Source: an uncultured Phycisphaerales bacterium (GTDB lineage: Bacteria > Planctomycetota > Phycisphaerae > Tepidisphaerales > Tepidisphaeraceae). Taken from it: a stretch of DNA of 64,000 bases. Where the stretch lies: positions 4,096,001 through 4,160,000 of the forward strand of contig CAVWVQ010000003.1 in assembly GCA_963758525.1 (NCBI GenBank), read 5' to 3'. A program made the position numbers and the translations under genes. Below the pieces are notes generated by a model. That model was not told the DNA's origin. It searched no databases and saw only the letters and a program-made list of their open reading frames with translations. Positions 51,058 through 61,680 of this stretch are shown here, piece after piece (positions within the stretch are counted from its first letter, which is position 1; the number at the start of each line of letters is the position of its first letter).

Positions 51058-51436
51058 TTACACCCACCGCGCCAGAAGCATTCCCATGCGGATAGCCAGA
51101 ATTCCGAGAACCACACTCCCCAGGACGTTGACGACGGCTTCAATATTCGCGCCGTCGTCAGCCAGCCGGCTGGACTCATACATGAACGTCGAAAACGTCG
51201 TGAACGCGCCGACGAAGCCCGCGCCGATCGCCAGGCGCGGTGTCGGAAACATTGCGGGTGGCCGCATGCGTCAAAAACCAGCCGAGGAACAGACTTCCGC
51301 TGATGTTGATGAAGAGCGTTCCGATGGGGAAACGAATATTCAACCGCCCGAACAGCGTGGCGATGCCAACGTGCGCAATTGCACCGACGAATCCTGCCAA
51401 TCCGATGGCCAGATATCGCAGCAGCAGCGGCTTCAT
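51058..51436 (-). CDS. crcB: Fluoride channel CrcB/FluC (frameshift near 51240)
   Basis: FPIGTLFINISGSLFLG, then GAGFVGAFTTFSTFMYE in the next frame. Confidence 0.9.
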
Positions 51437-51451
51437 CCGTTCTCCTTCCAA

Positions 51452-51490
51452 AAAAAAGCCCCGGCGCGCCTGTTCGGCCTGCCAGGGCAA
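51452..51490 (-). terminator. Terminator-like hairpin immediately upstream of the crcB RBS
   Basis: Minus strand gccctggc...gccggggc followed by T8 and then ggaaggag. Confidence 0.55.
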
Positions 51491-51725
51491 TCGATTGAAA
51501 GTCCTATATGACCTTGCGCGATTACGCGTTTCCAAAAACCGTTTAGCGGCTGCCCTTAGGGCAGCATACTGCTCGCAATCGCACGTTCATTTAGCGAGCT
51601 CGGAGCGGTTTCGGCGGACTCCACCGCCTGATAGATTTGCTGCATCATACTCGCCACGATGCTGCGTCGCCAATCGCGACCAGTTGCCGCGCCTGGACGG
51701 ACAGGGCAATTGCATATGCCAGTTT

Positions 51726-51781
51726 TGTGGTGCAGGCTTCCAGCCTGCTTCCCAAGCAGCAGGCTGGAAGCCTGCGTTACA
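51726..51781. repeat. REP-like palindromic doublet
   Basis: gcaggcttccagcctgc occurs in both orientations. Confidence 0.75.
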
Positions 51782-52040
51782 ATGGGAAATCGTCCTTCCG
51801 GAAATCACATGCAATATCCCTGACTTGGACGGGACTGGAAGGGGTATTACGATCAATAGTGGCGAGAGTCCGCTCTCGCCCCCTCTCCTGGTACTCCGGG
51901 AAGTGCTGGGGTGAGGGTGATTTCGAACACCAAGTGACTCTGGAATGGCATTCGCGGCCGGTAGCGCAAATTTGGCGCCATTGGCGCGGCTCCTTCTTCA
52001 TTTTGCCGCAAGAGACTCCCAGGAGGATGATGAGAAACTG

Positions 52041-52450
52041 ATGGCGGTCGCGACGGAAACATGTTCCCTCTGCCAGCGCTCCATCGAGTCATGGGAGACT
52101 CCGTATCTCTATGAAAACGATGTGCTCTGCCAAACCTGCTATCAGGTTGCGAATCCCAGCGGTGCACCGTCCAGAAACGTTGCTCCGCCGGTCCACTCCC
52201 GAATGCAGATTCCCGCGTCCCAGGGGACGGCGAAGCGCCAAGAGGCAGCGTCTGCTTCACCGTCGAGAAACTCCAACAGCCCCGCTCCCCGCTGGCAGCC
52301 CAAGTGGCTGCCGACTCCCGAAACACTCCACCCATCGCGGCCCGACCGGCGCAACTCACCCGCTGGATCCTCTCGGCAATAGCGGCAGCGGTGATCGCCT
52401 GCCTCGGCTATGAAGTCCACGCCCTTCATTTCGAAGCTCGCGCGCCTTGA
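52041..52450 (+). CDS. Hypothetical zinc-finger membrane protein (likely frameshifted)
   Basis: CSLC...CQTC, Pro-rich linker; TM-like RWILSAIAAAVIACLGY in another frame near 52360-52410. Confidence 0.45.
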
Positions 52451-52698
52451 GTCGGACCGCAAAACGCTCAGCCCGGCGAACCCGTCCCCCGCCGCGACGG
52501 CCGACGGCAACGCGCCTCAATAGATACTGTATAATCCCGTTATGACGGGCGGCATCAGCGACACATTGAGCCTGAGAACTGCTACCACTTCCTAACCGCC
52601 ACCGGAGGCGGGGCCGAATATCCGCCGGCGACTTTGAGAAGCTGATTCGCGTTTCCAGACAGAGCGCTTAAGCTCGGCGTATTTCAGAGTATCCCTCA

Positions 52699-53140
52699 AT
52701 GGGCAAATCGAATCCGAGGCCGGCTGGAGAGAAATCAGAGGCCACAGTGCCGACGGATCTTCGCGAAGTCCTCGCAGCTGCGCCGATGGCCAAGGTTCAG
52801 TGGAACGATCTCACGCCAATCGCGCAGGGATTTTGTGAGTTGGATAGACTCAGCCAAGCAAGCCGAGACACGTCAGCGCCGGATCGAGAAAGCCTGCTCG
52901 ATGCTTGCCGCCGGAAAACGGCGCCCGTGTTGCTATTCAATCGTGTCACTGAATCTCTACCAAGCCCTCGCGGCCGCCCCGACGGCCAAGGCTCAGTGGA
53001 GCGATCTCACGCCGATCGAGCGCAGGGACTTTATTAGCTGGATGGACTCGGCCAAACAACCGGAGGCACACCGACGCCGGATCGAGCAAGTCTGCGCGAT
53101 GCTTGCGGCCGGAGAGCGCCGCCCTTGCGCGATTCGGTAA
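52699..53140 (+). CDS. YdeI/OmpD-associated domain protein with two tandem domains (frameshift near 52828)
   Basis: Two copies of LAAAP.AK.QW.DLTPI.RRDF.SW.DSAKQ.E...RRIE..C.MLAAG.RRPC. Confidence 0.8.
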
Positions 53141-53244
53141 ACGTTTCCCACACCTGGCCCGTGCTCGCTTGCGGATCAACACCTCATCGGCGCCATCGAC
53201 GTGCAACGCTGCCTTGGTGATGCTACGGCACCGGTCGATTCCGT

Positions 53245-53445
53245 CTGATACCCAATCGGCGGTTTTGACTTGGGCGAGGGTTCGGCCATTAGCGACCGGA
53301 TGGCGTTGATCAGGGCGATGATCTGCTGGTCGTGGTTCTGCAGTTTGCCTTCCAACTCGCTCAGCTTGACGGCGAGCTCACGATGCGTCGAAAGCAGCTC
53401 GCGCAATTTGACGAACGCCCGGACGACGTACACGCTGATCTTGGC
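53245..53445 (-). pseudogene. ORF6N-family DNA-binding protein, C-terminal fragment
   Basis: [16 protein letters not shown]...LSELEGKL..HDQQI..LINAIRSLM...PPIGY. Confidence 0.7.
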
Positions 53446-53461
53446 GGCGGCCCGCAATGGC

Positions 53462-53555
53462 CAGGAGCGCGCAAAGCTCCGTCAAAAACATCGTGTAGTT
53501 GGCCCGCTCGGCCCCTTCGGACCGCTCCCATCGGTGGATGAAATCAGAAGGAGAG
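53462..53555 (-). pseudogene. N-terminal fragment of an MmeI-like restriction-modification enzyme
   Basis: [28 protein letters not shown] resembles the FI.RW....G.ERANY..FL.ELC.LL start of this family. Confidence 0.6.
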
Positions 53556-54447
53556 CCGGGTGAAGTGGTGAGAGGCCCCTGCGTGAACGGAGGATGATAA
53601 ATGTTTGCCTTGGGGAGGGCAAAGGCTTTGGGAAGGCGATGTGGGGAAAGCACGGAGGCACCCGGCGCGCCGGGACCTTGCTGCGGCACGAAGCGGGGCC
53701 GGCAAGTTTAGGTAGCCGGCGAGCACCTGTGCTCAGCTGTGTTGAAGGGTGCTCGCTGGGTCCCCGGGGTACTCTGCGTAGTGCTTGGAAATCGGTTTCG
53801 CCTGCGGCGACACGGCGGGCATGCCCACCGGCTAAACGAGGAGCGACATCCGCTGAAAGCACGGTCGTGCTCGGAAAGATAATGTGCCATTTCGTGCCAT
53901 TTCGTGCCACTTTACGGGGGAAGGCTGGGGTCTGGACGTTCTGATTGCAAATTCGGGCGGCAGTAAATGTCGCATCACGAATGGTGATTTCGTTAGGAGT
54001 CAGGAGGTCGGAGACAGTGGGCTGCGCACCAGGCGCAGATCAGTTCCGACGGAGCATCCGTTTGCCTTGGGAGAATCACAATCAAAGTGGATTGCCGTTT
54101 GGGCAATCTGCTAGAAACAGGTTGGATGAATAACTCATCACGGAACGCGGAGAGGGCCGTCGAGGATTCTCGCGGAAGTCGAGGAATGGTCCGCACGGCG
54201 GCTCGACGCTTCCGGCCATTCGAGGCGTACCTTAGGAGCCGCCGAGCGGACCCTACGCCTCGAACAGACCGAATGGTTGCCAGAGGAGAACCGGACGCCA
54301 ATCAATGTCGCACGGGGTCGAGCGAAAATGATACGTGACGCAATCACAACAGATCGGCGGGGACAGCCGCAGGTTCAGCACAAAGGCGCGCTCCGATGGA
54401 CGACGCGCGGAGACCATGGCCGAGCGCATTGAAATCAATGATCGAAT

Positions 54448-54885
54448 GCCCACAAAAAACACAAAAACACAAAAAGGGAGATAGAGAGGCGACACGCAAC
54501 AGCAGAAAGTGAACCGGAAGCTCGCGCGGACACGGATGAAGAGCCGCGAAGGAGCGAAGCAGCGAAGGCAGAAGCGAAGAAAGAAGGGACCAGCCCTGCG
54601 GCTCTTTGTTGTCTTTCCTTCGTCTTTCCTTCGCTCCTTCGCTCCTTCGCGGCTCTTCATTTCTTTGCGGCTTGTCGCGCTGCACAGCTATCAACTGGAT
54701 TCTTTTCGTGCCGACAAGATTTCTGCCGGATGCCGACGAAACGAGAGGCAAAGAATTGAGAGCTCGAACCGCGGATTTCGCGGGTGGCCGCGGATAAGAG
54801 AGGAGAGAGTACGGGGAAATGCGTGGCGCATCGGTTGGTCGTCCCCTTCATCTCCATCCGCGTTCATCCGCGCAATTCGCGGTTC
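54448..54885. repeat. Cluster of short-period palindromic repeats
   Basis: cacaaaa tandem run; gagccgcgaaggagcgaagcagcgaagg with its inverse; ccgcggatttcgcgg...atccgcgcaattcgcggtt. Confidence 0.7.
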
Positions 54886-55529
54886 AAATGCATTGGATTG
54901 CGGGCGCAGCCCGCGCCAAGTCGTTTGCGTTTTTTCGTGGCAGTCACTCTTTTGTGCTGGCGCGGCTGGAGTCCGGCGAAGGAGTTGCACGGTGGGCGAC
55001 GAGTGCGTGGGATACCCCGTTTTCAGCAAACGGCGCGCAACTGTTGCGCGCGGTGTCGCGCCAGGCTGGAGAGCATCCCGCGGCAGGGCAAGGAGTTGGA
55101 CGCGGGATGCGACATGCGGCGCTGCAAAATCTGTCGCGCGATGTCGCATGAGCGGGGAGAAGGCACCCGCCGCGGCGGGTAAACTGCGGCACGGAGGAGA
55201 GGAAGGGGAACTGTTTGCCGCGCGTTGGGGCGGGTTAGGAGCGAATGGATCAGTTCCCGACGGACGATCCGTCGGCTTTGGGAGCGCCGATGCGTGAGGA
55301 GTGGTGTGAGAAGGAAGCGGTCAAGGGAATTCATGATCCAGCACGGCGTTTCACGGGAACGTGAGGTGAAGTTTATTCTCTTTCCATCGAGGTATCCGGG
55401 GTACCTGACGCTTCGTCAAATGTGCCTCGACGTCCGAATATTCTCGCAGGGCGCTTTTTCGGCGATATCGTGTGTGCAGGCTTTGCGAATTTGAAATCGG
55501 TTTCGTAGCATATCCGGCGGAGGTAACCC

Positions 55530-56606
55530 ATGAAGATAAAAGAGGCGAAGGACTCCCGTTTTGATCTGATGAGCCTGGGCGAAAGCATGGTGCGACTGTC
55601 CCCTCCGGGACATGGGCGCATCGAGTTCAGCCCGACGCTGGAAGTGTGGGTCGGAGGCGGGGAATACAACGTCGCGTACGCGCTGTCGCGACTGGGAATG
55701 CGGACCGGCTTTCTGAGCCGGCTGGTGGACAATCCGGTCGGGAAGATCATCGTCAATCACGGGCGCTCGGTCGGCATGGACATGAGCCATGTCATCATGA
55801 GCAAATATGACGGCGTGGGCCGGGCGGATCGCATCGGGCTGAACTTCACGGAAGTCGGCACGGGCGTGCGGGCCAGCGTCACGATGTACGACCGCGGTCA
55901 CTCGGCGGCCGCCAACATGAAGCCGGGGATGATCGACTTCAAGAAGGTCTTCGGGCAGGGGGTGCGCTGGCTGCACACCGGCGGAATCTTTGCCGCGCTG
56001 GGCGAGGGGACGGTTGCGGTCTGCAAGGAAGCGCTGATCGCCGCCAAGGAGGCGGGGACAATCGTCAGTTACGATCTGAATTTCCGCTCGAAGCTCTGGA
56101 GCAGCCAGAAGGCACAGCAGGTGACCAAGGAACTGGTGCCGTACATCGACTGTCTGATTGGCAACGAAGAGGACTTTCAGAAGGTGCTGGGCTTCGAGGT
56201 GGAAGGGGTTGACGAAAATCTCTCCGCGCTCGACACCAGCGTCTACAAGAAGATGGTCGAGAAGGTCGTCAAGGCTTATCCGAACGTGAAAGTGGTCGGC
56301 ACAACGCTGCGCGAGGTGAAGAGCGGGCTGGTGAACAACTGGTCGGCCATTCTCTGGAACGACGGGAAGTTTTACGAATCGCGCCGGTTCGATAACCTGG
56401 AGATTGAGGACCGCGTCGGCGGCGGCGACGGATTTTCCAGCGGATTTGCGTTTGGGTTCCTGACTGGGCGCACGCCGCAGGAATGCGTCGATCTGGGAGC
56501 GGCTCACGGCGCACTGCTGCAGTCCACGCGCGGTGATTCGAGCCAGATCGATCTGGAGGAATTGACGCACGTGTTCAAGGGTGGAAGCGCTCGCATCAAG
56601 CGTTGA
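55530..56606 (+). CDS. kdgK: PfkB-family 2-keto-3-deoxygluconate kinase
   Basis: GGGEYNVA, WLHTGGIF, SYDLNFRSKLW, GNEEDF, DRVGGGDGFSSG; GGAGGT RBS. Confidence 0.85.
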   Translation: MKIKEAKDSRFDLMSLGESMVRLSPPGHGRIEFSPTLEVWVGGGEYNVAYALSRLGMRTGFLSRLVDNPVGKIIVNHGRSVGMDMSHVIMSKYDGVGRADRIGLNFTEVGTGVRASVTMYDRGHSAAANMKPGMIDFKKVFGQGVRWLHTGGIFAALGEGTVAVCKEALIAAKEAGTIVSYDLNFRSKLWSSQKAQQVTKELVPYIDCLIGNEEDFQKVLGFEVEGVDENLSALDTSVYKKMVEKVVKAYPNVKVVGTTLREVKSGLVNNWSAILWNDGKFYESRRFDNLEIEDRVGGGDGFSSGFAFGFLTGRTPQECVDLGAAHGALLQSTRGDSSQIDLEELTHVFKGGSARIKR

Positions 56607-56608
56607 GG

Positions 56609-56713
56609 TATCACGGGTTTCCAACCCGTGCAAACCATGCGGCAGTAATGGAAGTCTTGATAGCGGCTGTCTTTGAAACGGCGCCGCCGGCACGGGTTGG
56701 AAACCCGTGGTAC
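56609..56713. repeat. REP-like palindromic doublet
   Basis: cacgggtttccaacccgtg ... cacgggttggaaacccgtg. Confidence 0.8.
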
Positions 56714-56724
56714 AGGACAAATGT

Positions 56725-57696
56725 ATGTCAAAGCGAATATTGCTCACCACGACCAGTTTTCAGGACACGCCGGGCAAGCATCATGATGTGCTGACGGCGT
56801 CGGGATACGAGATTATCAAAGCGAGAGGCCCGTTCAGCGAAGCGCAGATGCTCGAACTTGTCACGAAGGGCGGCGGGTTCGACGGGTTGCTGAACGGCGA
56901 CGATCGCATCACGTCCAAAGTGATCGACGCGGCGCTGCCGCGGATGAAGGTGATCGCAAAGTACGGCATCGGGTTGGATTCGATCGACGTGGCATATGCG
57001 ACGTCGAAGAAGATACCGGTGCTCTTCACGCCGGGCGTGAATGAAACGACCGTTGCCGAGCACGCGTATGGTCTGATGATCGGCGTCGCGAAGCATTTCT
57101 GGTTTCACATGAAATCCGTCAAGGCGGGCGAGTGGAAGCGGCAGACCGGGCATGAGCTGTACGGCAAGACGCTGGGCATTCTGGGGCTGGGCCGTATTGG
57201 CAAGGAAATGGTGAAGCGGGCCGGCGGCTTTGGAATGACCTGCATTGGGCACGGCAATCACTGGGACGATGACTTCGCGCGGGAATACAAGCTCGAGCGC
57301 CTGCCGACGCGGGAGGACGTATTGCGGCGGGCGGACATTGTTTCGCTTCACATCAATCTCACTGCTGAAACGCGCGGCTTCATCAATGCCGAGCGCATTG
57401 CGATGATGAAGCCGGATGCGATTCTCATCAACACCGCTCGCGGCGGAGTCGTCGTGGATCAGGACGTCGCGGACGCGTGCAAATCAGGGAAGCTGTTCGG
57501 CTACGGCACGGATGTGACAGATCCCGAGCCGATGAAAACGCCGCACGTCTTCCAGCAGGTCGACAACATCATCGTGACTCCGCATGTCGGCAGCCGCACG
57601 TTTGAAAGCGTGCAGCGGCAGGGTTTGCGGGCGGCAAACAACCTGGTCAACTTCTTCAACGGCAATCCCGATTACATTCAGGCCAACAAATTCTGA
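56725..57696 (+). CDS. D-isomer-specific 2-hydroxyacid dehydrogenase (SerA-like)
   Basis: KYGIGLDSID, GLGRIG, INTARGG, DVTDPEP, TPHVGS. Confidence 0.92.
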   Translation: MSKRILLTTTSFQDTPGKHHDVLTASGYEIIKARGPFSEAQMLELVTKGGGFDGLLNGDDRITSKVIDAALPRMKVIAKYGIGLDSIDVAYATSKKIPVLFTPGVNETTVAEHAYGLMIGVAKHFWFHMKSVKAGEWKRQTGHELYGKTLGILGLGRIGKEMVKRAGGFGMTCIGHGNHWDDDFAREYKLERLPTREDVLRRADIVSLHINLTAETRGFINAERIAMMKPDAILINTARGGVVVDQDVADACKSGKLFGYGTDVTDPEPMKTPHVFQQVDNIIVTPHVGSRTFESVQRQGLRAANNLVNFFNGNPDYIQANKF

Positions 57697-57708
57697 CGAG
57701 AGATTCGT

Positions 57709-58800
57709 ATGGCACATCAATTCATGATGTCGAAGGCGATGCACAACGAGATCGTCTCGGCGGCATTTCAGAAGCGCGGCTACAACGCGGAAGAGGCGCA
57801 CGCGGCGGCAGAGGTCGGCGCCGCGGCGGCGCTGCACGGCGTCAAGACGCACAACGCCATCAAGGCGCTGCATCTCGATGAGCACTTCGGCTCTGGCGCG
57901 GGCGGCTGTGTGCCGGGCGCGAAGGTTGCGAAGCTGCCGATGAAGTTCAAGGCGGTGGCGCGCTGGGACGCGCAGCGCAAGCTCGGGCAGGCCGTTGCCG
58001 TGGAGGCGATGGGTGAGGCGATGAAGCTTGCCGACGAGTTCGGCGTGGGCACGGTCGCGGTCGACAACGCGTTCCATTATCTCTGGGGCGGGGGCTACGT
58101 AATCGACGCCGCCAGCAAGGGATACATCGCGTACACCTGCTGCACGGCGGCGCTTGCCGAGGTGGTGCCGTTCGGCGGGAAGTTTCCGACGCTGGGGACG
58201 AATCCGCATTCGTGGGCGTTTCCGACGACCGATGCCGTTGGATTTCCTGTGTGCATTGACTGGGCGACGAGCGTGGTTGCGATGGGGCGGGTGCAGCAGT
58301 TCGCGCGCGAGGGAAAACAGATCCCCGCCGGCGCCGGCGTCGACAAGCACGGCAAGGAAACGACGGACCCGAACCTGGTCACGGCACTCCTGCCGTTCGG
58401 GCAGCATAAAGGATATGGCTTGTCGCTGATCGATGAGCTGCTGGGCGCGTACATCGGCGGCTCGCTGCCGACATTGCGGAGCCGATGGGGATCGGCCGAA
58501 AACGAGAAGCACACGCCCGCGTTTTTCTTCCAATGCACCCGGCCGGAAGCGCTGGATTGCGGCAGCTTCGCGGGCGGCCGCTCGCAAAAGCAAAACGTGA
58601 AAGAGGTCATTGCCGACATTCTGGGTCACGGCAATGAGACGGCGATGCTTCCCGGCCAGCCCGAAGCGCGGGCCGCGGCCAAGAGCCGGGAAGTCGGCGG
58701 GTTGCTCTTCACTCATGCGGAGATCGACGCGTTTGAGAAGATGGCGAGCGACGCAGGGGTGAAATTGGATCGGACGAAGTTGAAGCAGGTCGAGATCTGA
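57709..58800 (+). CDS. Ldh_2-family (AllD/YiaK-like) oxidoreductase
   Basis: HGVKTH, NAFHY, LGTNPHSWAFP, IDWATS, LLPFGQHKGYGL. Confidence 0.88.
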   Translation: MAHQFMMSKAMHNEIVSAAFQKRGYNAEEAHAAAEVGAAAALHGVKTHNAIKALHLDEHFGSGAGGCVPGAKVAKLPMKFKAVARWDAQRKLGQAVAVEAMGEAMKLADEFGVGTVAVDNAFHYLWGGGYVIDAASKGYIAYTCCTAALAEVVPFGGKFPTLGTNPHSWAFPTTDAVGFPVCIDWATSVVAMGRVQQFAREGKQIPAGAGVDKHGKETTDPNLVTALLPFGQHKGYGLSLIDELLGAYIGGSLPTLRSRWGSAENEKHTPAFFFQCTRPEALDCGSFAGGRSQKQNVKEVIADILGHGNETAMLPGQPEARAAAKSREVGGLLFTHAEIDAFEKMASDAGVKLDRTKLKQVEI

Positions 58801-58991
58801 GCGGCAAACTGCGGGAGAAAGAGCCGCGAAGCAGCGAAGGCGCGAAGGAAACCGCGAAGGAAGAGGGGGCCCGGGAGTTAGGGAAGGTTGAGCGTTTCCC
58901 ACGCTACCTACCGCACCTTTAGCCGCCTGCCTTGGCGGGGGCGTCCTGCGACTGGTATGGCGCGATTGTTACGAGAATTAGGAACAACACA

Positions 58992-59771
58992 ATGAGCTAT
59001 CGCGGATTGGATATTGCGGGAAAAGTGTGTCTGGTCACCGGCGGCACGAGCGGCCTGGGAAAAGCCATTGCCATGGGCTTCGCGGAAGCCGGCGCGAAAG
59101 TCATCGCCGGATCGTCGAGCGCGGACAAAGTCGCGGCGATGAAATCGGAGCTGGGTAAGGGCAACGATGCGGTGCAGATCGATGTGGTGAATGCCGCTGC
59201 GGTCAAGTCGGTGATGGAGCGGATCGTCGAACAGCATGGCCGGCTCGATGCCGTGGTGCATGCGGCAGGAGTCATCAAGCGTGTGCCCTCGCTCGAGATG
59301 GCGCCGGAAGAATTTGAGAAAGTCGTGAAGACGAATCTCGTCGGCAGCTTCATCGTCAACCAGGCGGCGGGACGGATCATGAAAGAGCAGTCGGCCAACG
59401 AGAATGGCCTGCGCGGGTGCATCGTCAACATCGCGTCGCTCAATTCGTTTATTTCCCTGAACGAAGTCCTCGCGTACGCCTGCTCCAAGAGCGGCGTGAT
59501 GGGCCTGATTCGCGGCCTGGCCAATGAGTGGGCGCAATACGGAATTCGCGTGAACGGCATCGCGCCCGGAGTTTTTCCGACGGATCTGAACCGTCCGCTG
59601 ATCGAAGGGACGCCGCGCGGCAAATGGCTGAAGGATCACACGCCGCTGGGGCGATTCGGAAGAGCCGAGGAACTCGTCGGCGCGGCCATTTATCTCATCA
59701 GCGACTCAGCCAGCTACACGTCCGGCGAGACGATCATCGTTGACGGTGGTTTCCTGACCAGGGGTGTGTAG
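58992..59771 (+). CDS. SDR oxidoreductase (KduD/gluconate 5-dehydrogenase-like)
   Basis: TGGTSGLG, NIASL, YACSKSG, NEWA..GIRVNGIAPG, VDGGFL. Confidence 0.9.
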   Translation: MSYRGLDIAGKVCLVTGGTSGLGKAIAMGFAEAGAKVIAGSSSADKVAAMKSELGKGNDAVQIDVVNAAAVKSVMERIVEQHGRLDAVVHAAGVIKRVPSLEMAPEEFEKVVKTNLVGSFIVNQAAGRIMKEQSANENGLRGCIVNIASLNSFISLNEVLAYACSKSGVMGLIRGLANEWAQYGIRVNGIAPGVFPTDLNRPLIEGTPRGKWLKDHTPLGRFGRAEELVGAAIYLISDSASYTSGETIIVDGGFLTRGV

Positions 59772-59798
59772 GGCGGGTTCGGCGTCGCGCTTCTTCGA

Positions 59799-60161
59799 CT
59801 ATTGGCTGGCGGGCGGTGGGGCCTGGCTCAACAGCGACTCCAGTTGCACGATCAACGGCGGCAGGTGGTCGAAGACAATGCGCCAAATAATATCGTGATT
59901 CACCGCGCCGTAGTCGTGAGCGAGGATATGCCGGGTTGCCGTGATCGCACGCCAAGGGATTTCGGCGTGGGCCGCGCGAAACGCTTCGGATACTCCCCTT
60001 GCCGCCTTGCCAATAATTTCGATGCGCCGTTCCACGGCATCTGCAAATGCCGTATCGTTGTCCAAATCGGGTCGAACCCGCCCTGCAACATAGCGCAGAA
60101 CCAACCGCGCGGACTCGGGCATGTCGTGCAGCAGTGCCGCGTCACGCACCTCAAGCGGCAT
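59799..60161 (-). CDS. HepT-like (DUF86) HEPN RNase toxin
   Basis: AVERRIEIIG, IPWRAI, RHILAHDY (R-x4-H), IIWRIV. Confidence 0.9.
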   Translation of the reverse strand: MPLEVRDAALLHDMPESARLVLRYVAGRVRPDLDNDTAFADAVERRIEIIGKAARGVSEAFRAAHAEIPWRAITATRHILAHDYGAVNHDIIWRIVFDHLPPLIVQLESLLSQAPPPASQ

Positions 60162-60471
60162 ACAGCACCTCTCGGGTGCGCAGAATTTCGTTTCGCCGAT
60201 ATGGGTTGCGCAACAGCGGTTTTTCAACCAGATCGACCGAGCGGCTGAACAAGGATTCCAGTTCATCTTTCAGCGCGAGGAATCGTTCGATGGTCATCTG
60301 CTCTCCAGGCTCAATTTCGAAGAGCAAGTCGACGTCGCTGTCCGGCGTGAAGTCCGCGCACAACACAGAACCAAACACCGAAAGCTCCCGCAATCGATGT
60401 CTTCGGCACAGATCCGCCAGCACGTCGGCTGGAACACCAAGCCGTTCCTGATAAAGAGCATCGCCAAGCAT
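60151..60471 (-). CDS. MntA-like minimal nucleotidyltransferase antitoxin
   Basis: FGSVLCADFTPDSDVDLL (GS-x10-DxD), RSVDLV; overlaps the toxin start. Confidence 0.9.
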   Translation of the reverse strand: MLGDALYQERLGVPADVLADLCRRHRLRELSVFGSVLCADFTPDSDVDLLFEIEPGEQMTIERFLALKDELESLFSRSVDLVEKPLLRNPYRRNEILRTREVLYAA

Positions 60472-60578
60472 TTCGGCCACGATTCTACCGCGGCATGATC
60501 GCGTCCCGCAAACGGCCGCGCGAACCGGTCCCACCAGCCCCGGTCCGCAGTGCGTACAAGACTGGTGACTCGAACTTC

Positions 60579-61627
60579 TTATCTTCCTCGAAACTGCTTC
60601 TCCTGCGGGTGAAACAAGTCGAAGGCCGCATCGGCGATGCTTTCGCCGAAGTCGGCAAAAACCGCCGCCGGTCCTTTTTTCATTCTCTCCACCAGGCGGT
60701 CGACCTCCCGCTCGTCGGAGTTCCCCATCGCGACGTTGATGAGCGTGATCGCCGAGTCGACGGCCACTCCCCCGAGCCCGACGGGGTTCATGACCCTCAG
60801 CAACTTGATCACGCGCGATCCTTTCCATTTATCGGGAAGCAGCGAATCGAAGAAGTCGAGAAGTTCACCCCACGGCACCGCCTTGCCAATCGCGAATCGG
60901 TAGCAGCGCTCGCTCCCTTGCCCCATTCCTCCTTATCCCAGGCTTCCATGACCTCGGTAACAAGGGAGACGAATCCAAGCACCTCTCCCGCGCCGTTGAG
61001 CGCCTTGAGAAACTTTCCGGCCCCGGAGGTGGGTTCGGCGATAACCTCGAGCAATTTTCTGCGCCATTTCGGACCTGCGCCGGCGACCGCCTTAAGAAGG
61101 CTTGTCACGTCCTTTGCGGCAAATTGCGCCTTCCGGAGTTTGAGGTACAAAACCGCCAGCATGCGCGCCTGCTCGGCCCGGGAGACGAGGCCGAAGATGA
61201 TGCCCAGGGACTGCCCCGAATCGATGGCAACGCTCTTCCAGAACTCTGCGAATTCCGCCTCGCGGTGCTCTTTGGCAAACTCCTCGCGCATCACATTGGC
61301 ATGCTCCGCCAGGGCTCCGGCGGCGGGGGGGACGTTGGTCGTGAAGAGCGCGGCGGATGCGACCGGTGAACGGCTCGATGCATTATGCATCCCCACCAAT
61401 CTCTTCAACGTGTCATCGCCTGGATCAATTCGGTCGGTGGGCTGATGTATCCGGCAGACAGATGACTGGAAACGATGGATCGCATTGAGCGTCAAATGAC
61501 CGAATACTCCATCCTCCTTGAGATAACGAAGCGGGGGTCGGATTTGCTCGTTCAGCAGTTTTTGAATCAGCGCGACGTCTGCCGGATTGTTCTTCGCGGA
61601 TCTTCCGACGGAGAACTTCAGTTGCAT
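60579..61627 (-). CDS. Peptidoglycan-binding domain protein with an unknown helical C-terminus (frameshift near 60880)
   Basis: SVGR..KN..ADV..IQ.LLN...EDG.FG..T..AI.RFQ...RIDPG..T N-terminus. Confidence 0.7.
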
Positions 61628-61680
61628 GTTTTCGCCAACCATCACGCAATTTTATCCGCGTGAGGTGAGCGAGCACAAAT

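Noticed and set aside
55416..58902. Long minus-strand ORFs (444 aa and 472 aa)
   Set aside because: They are antisense shadows of clear plus-strand enzymes, which is common in GC-rich DNA.
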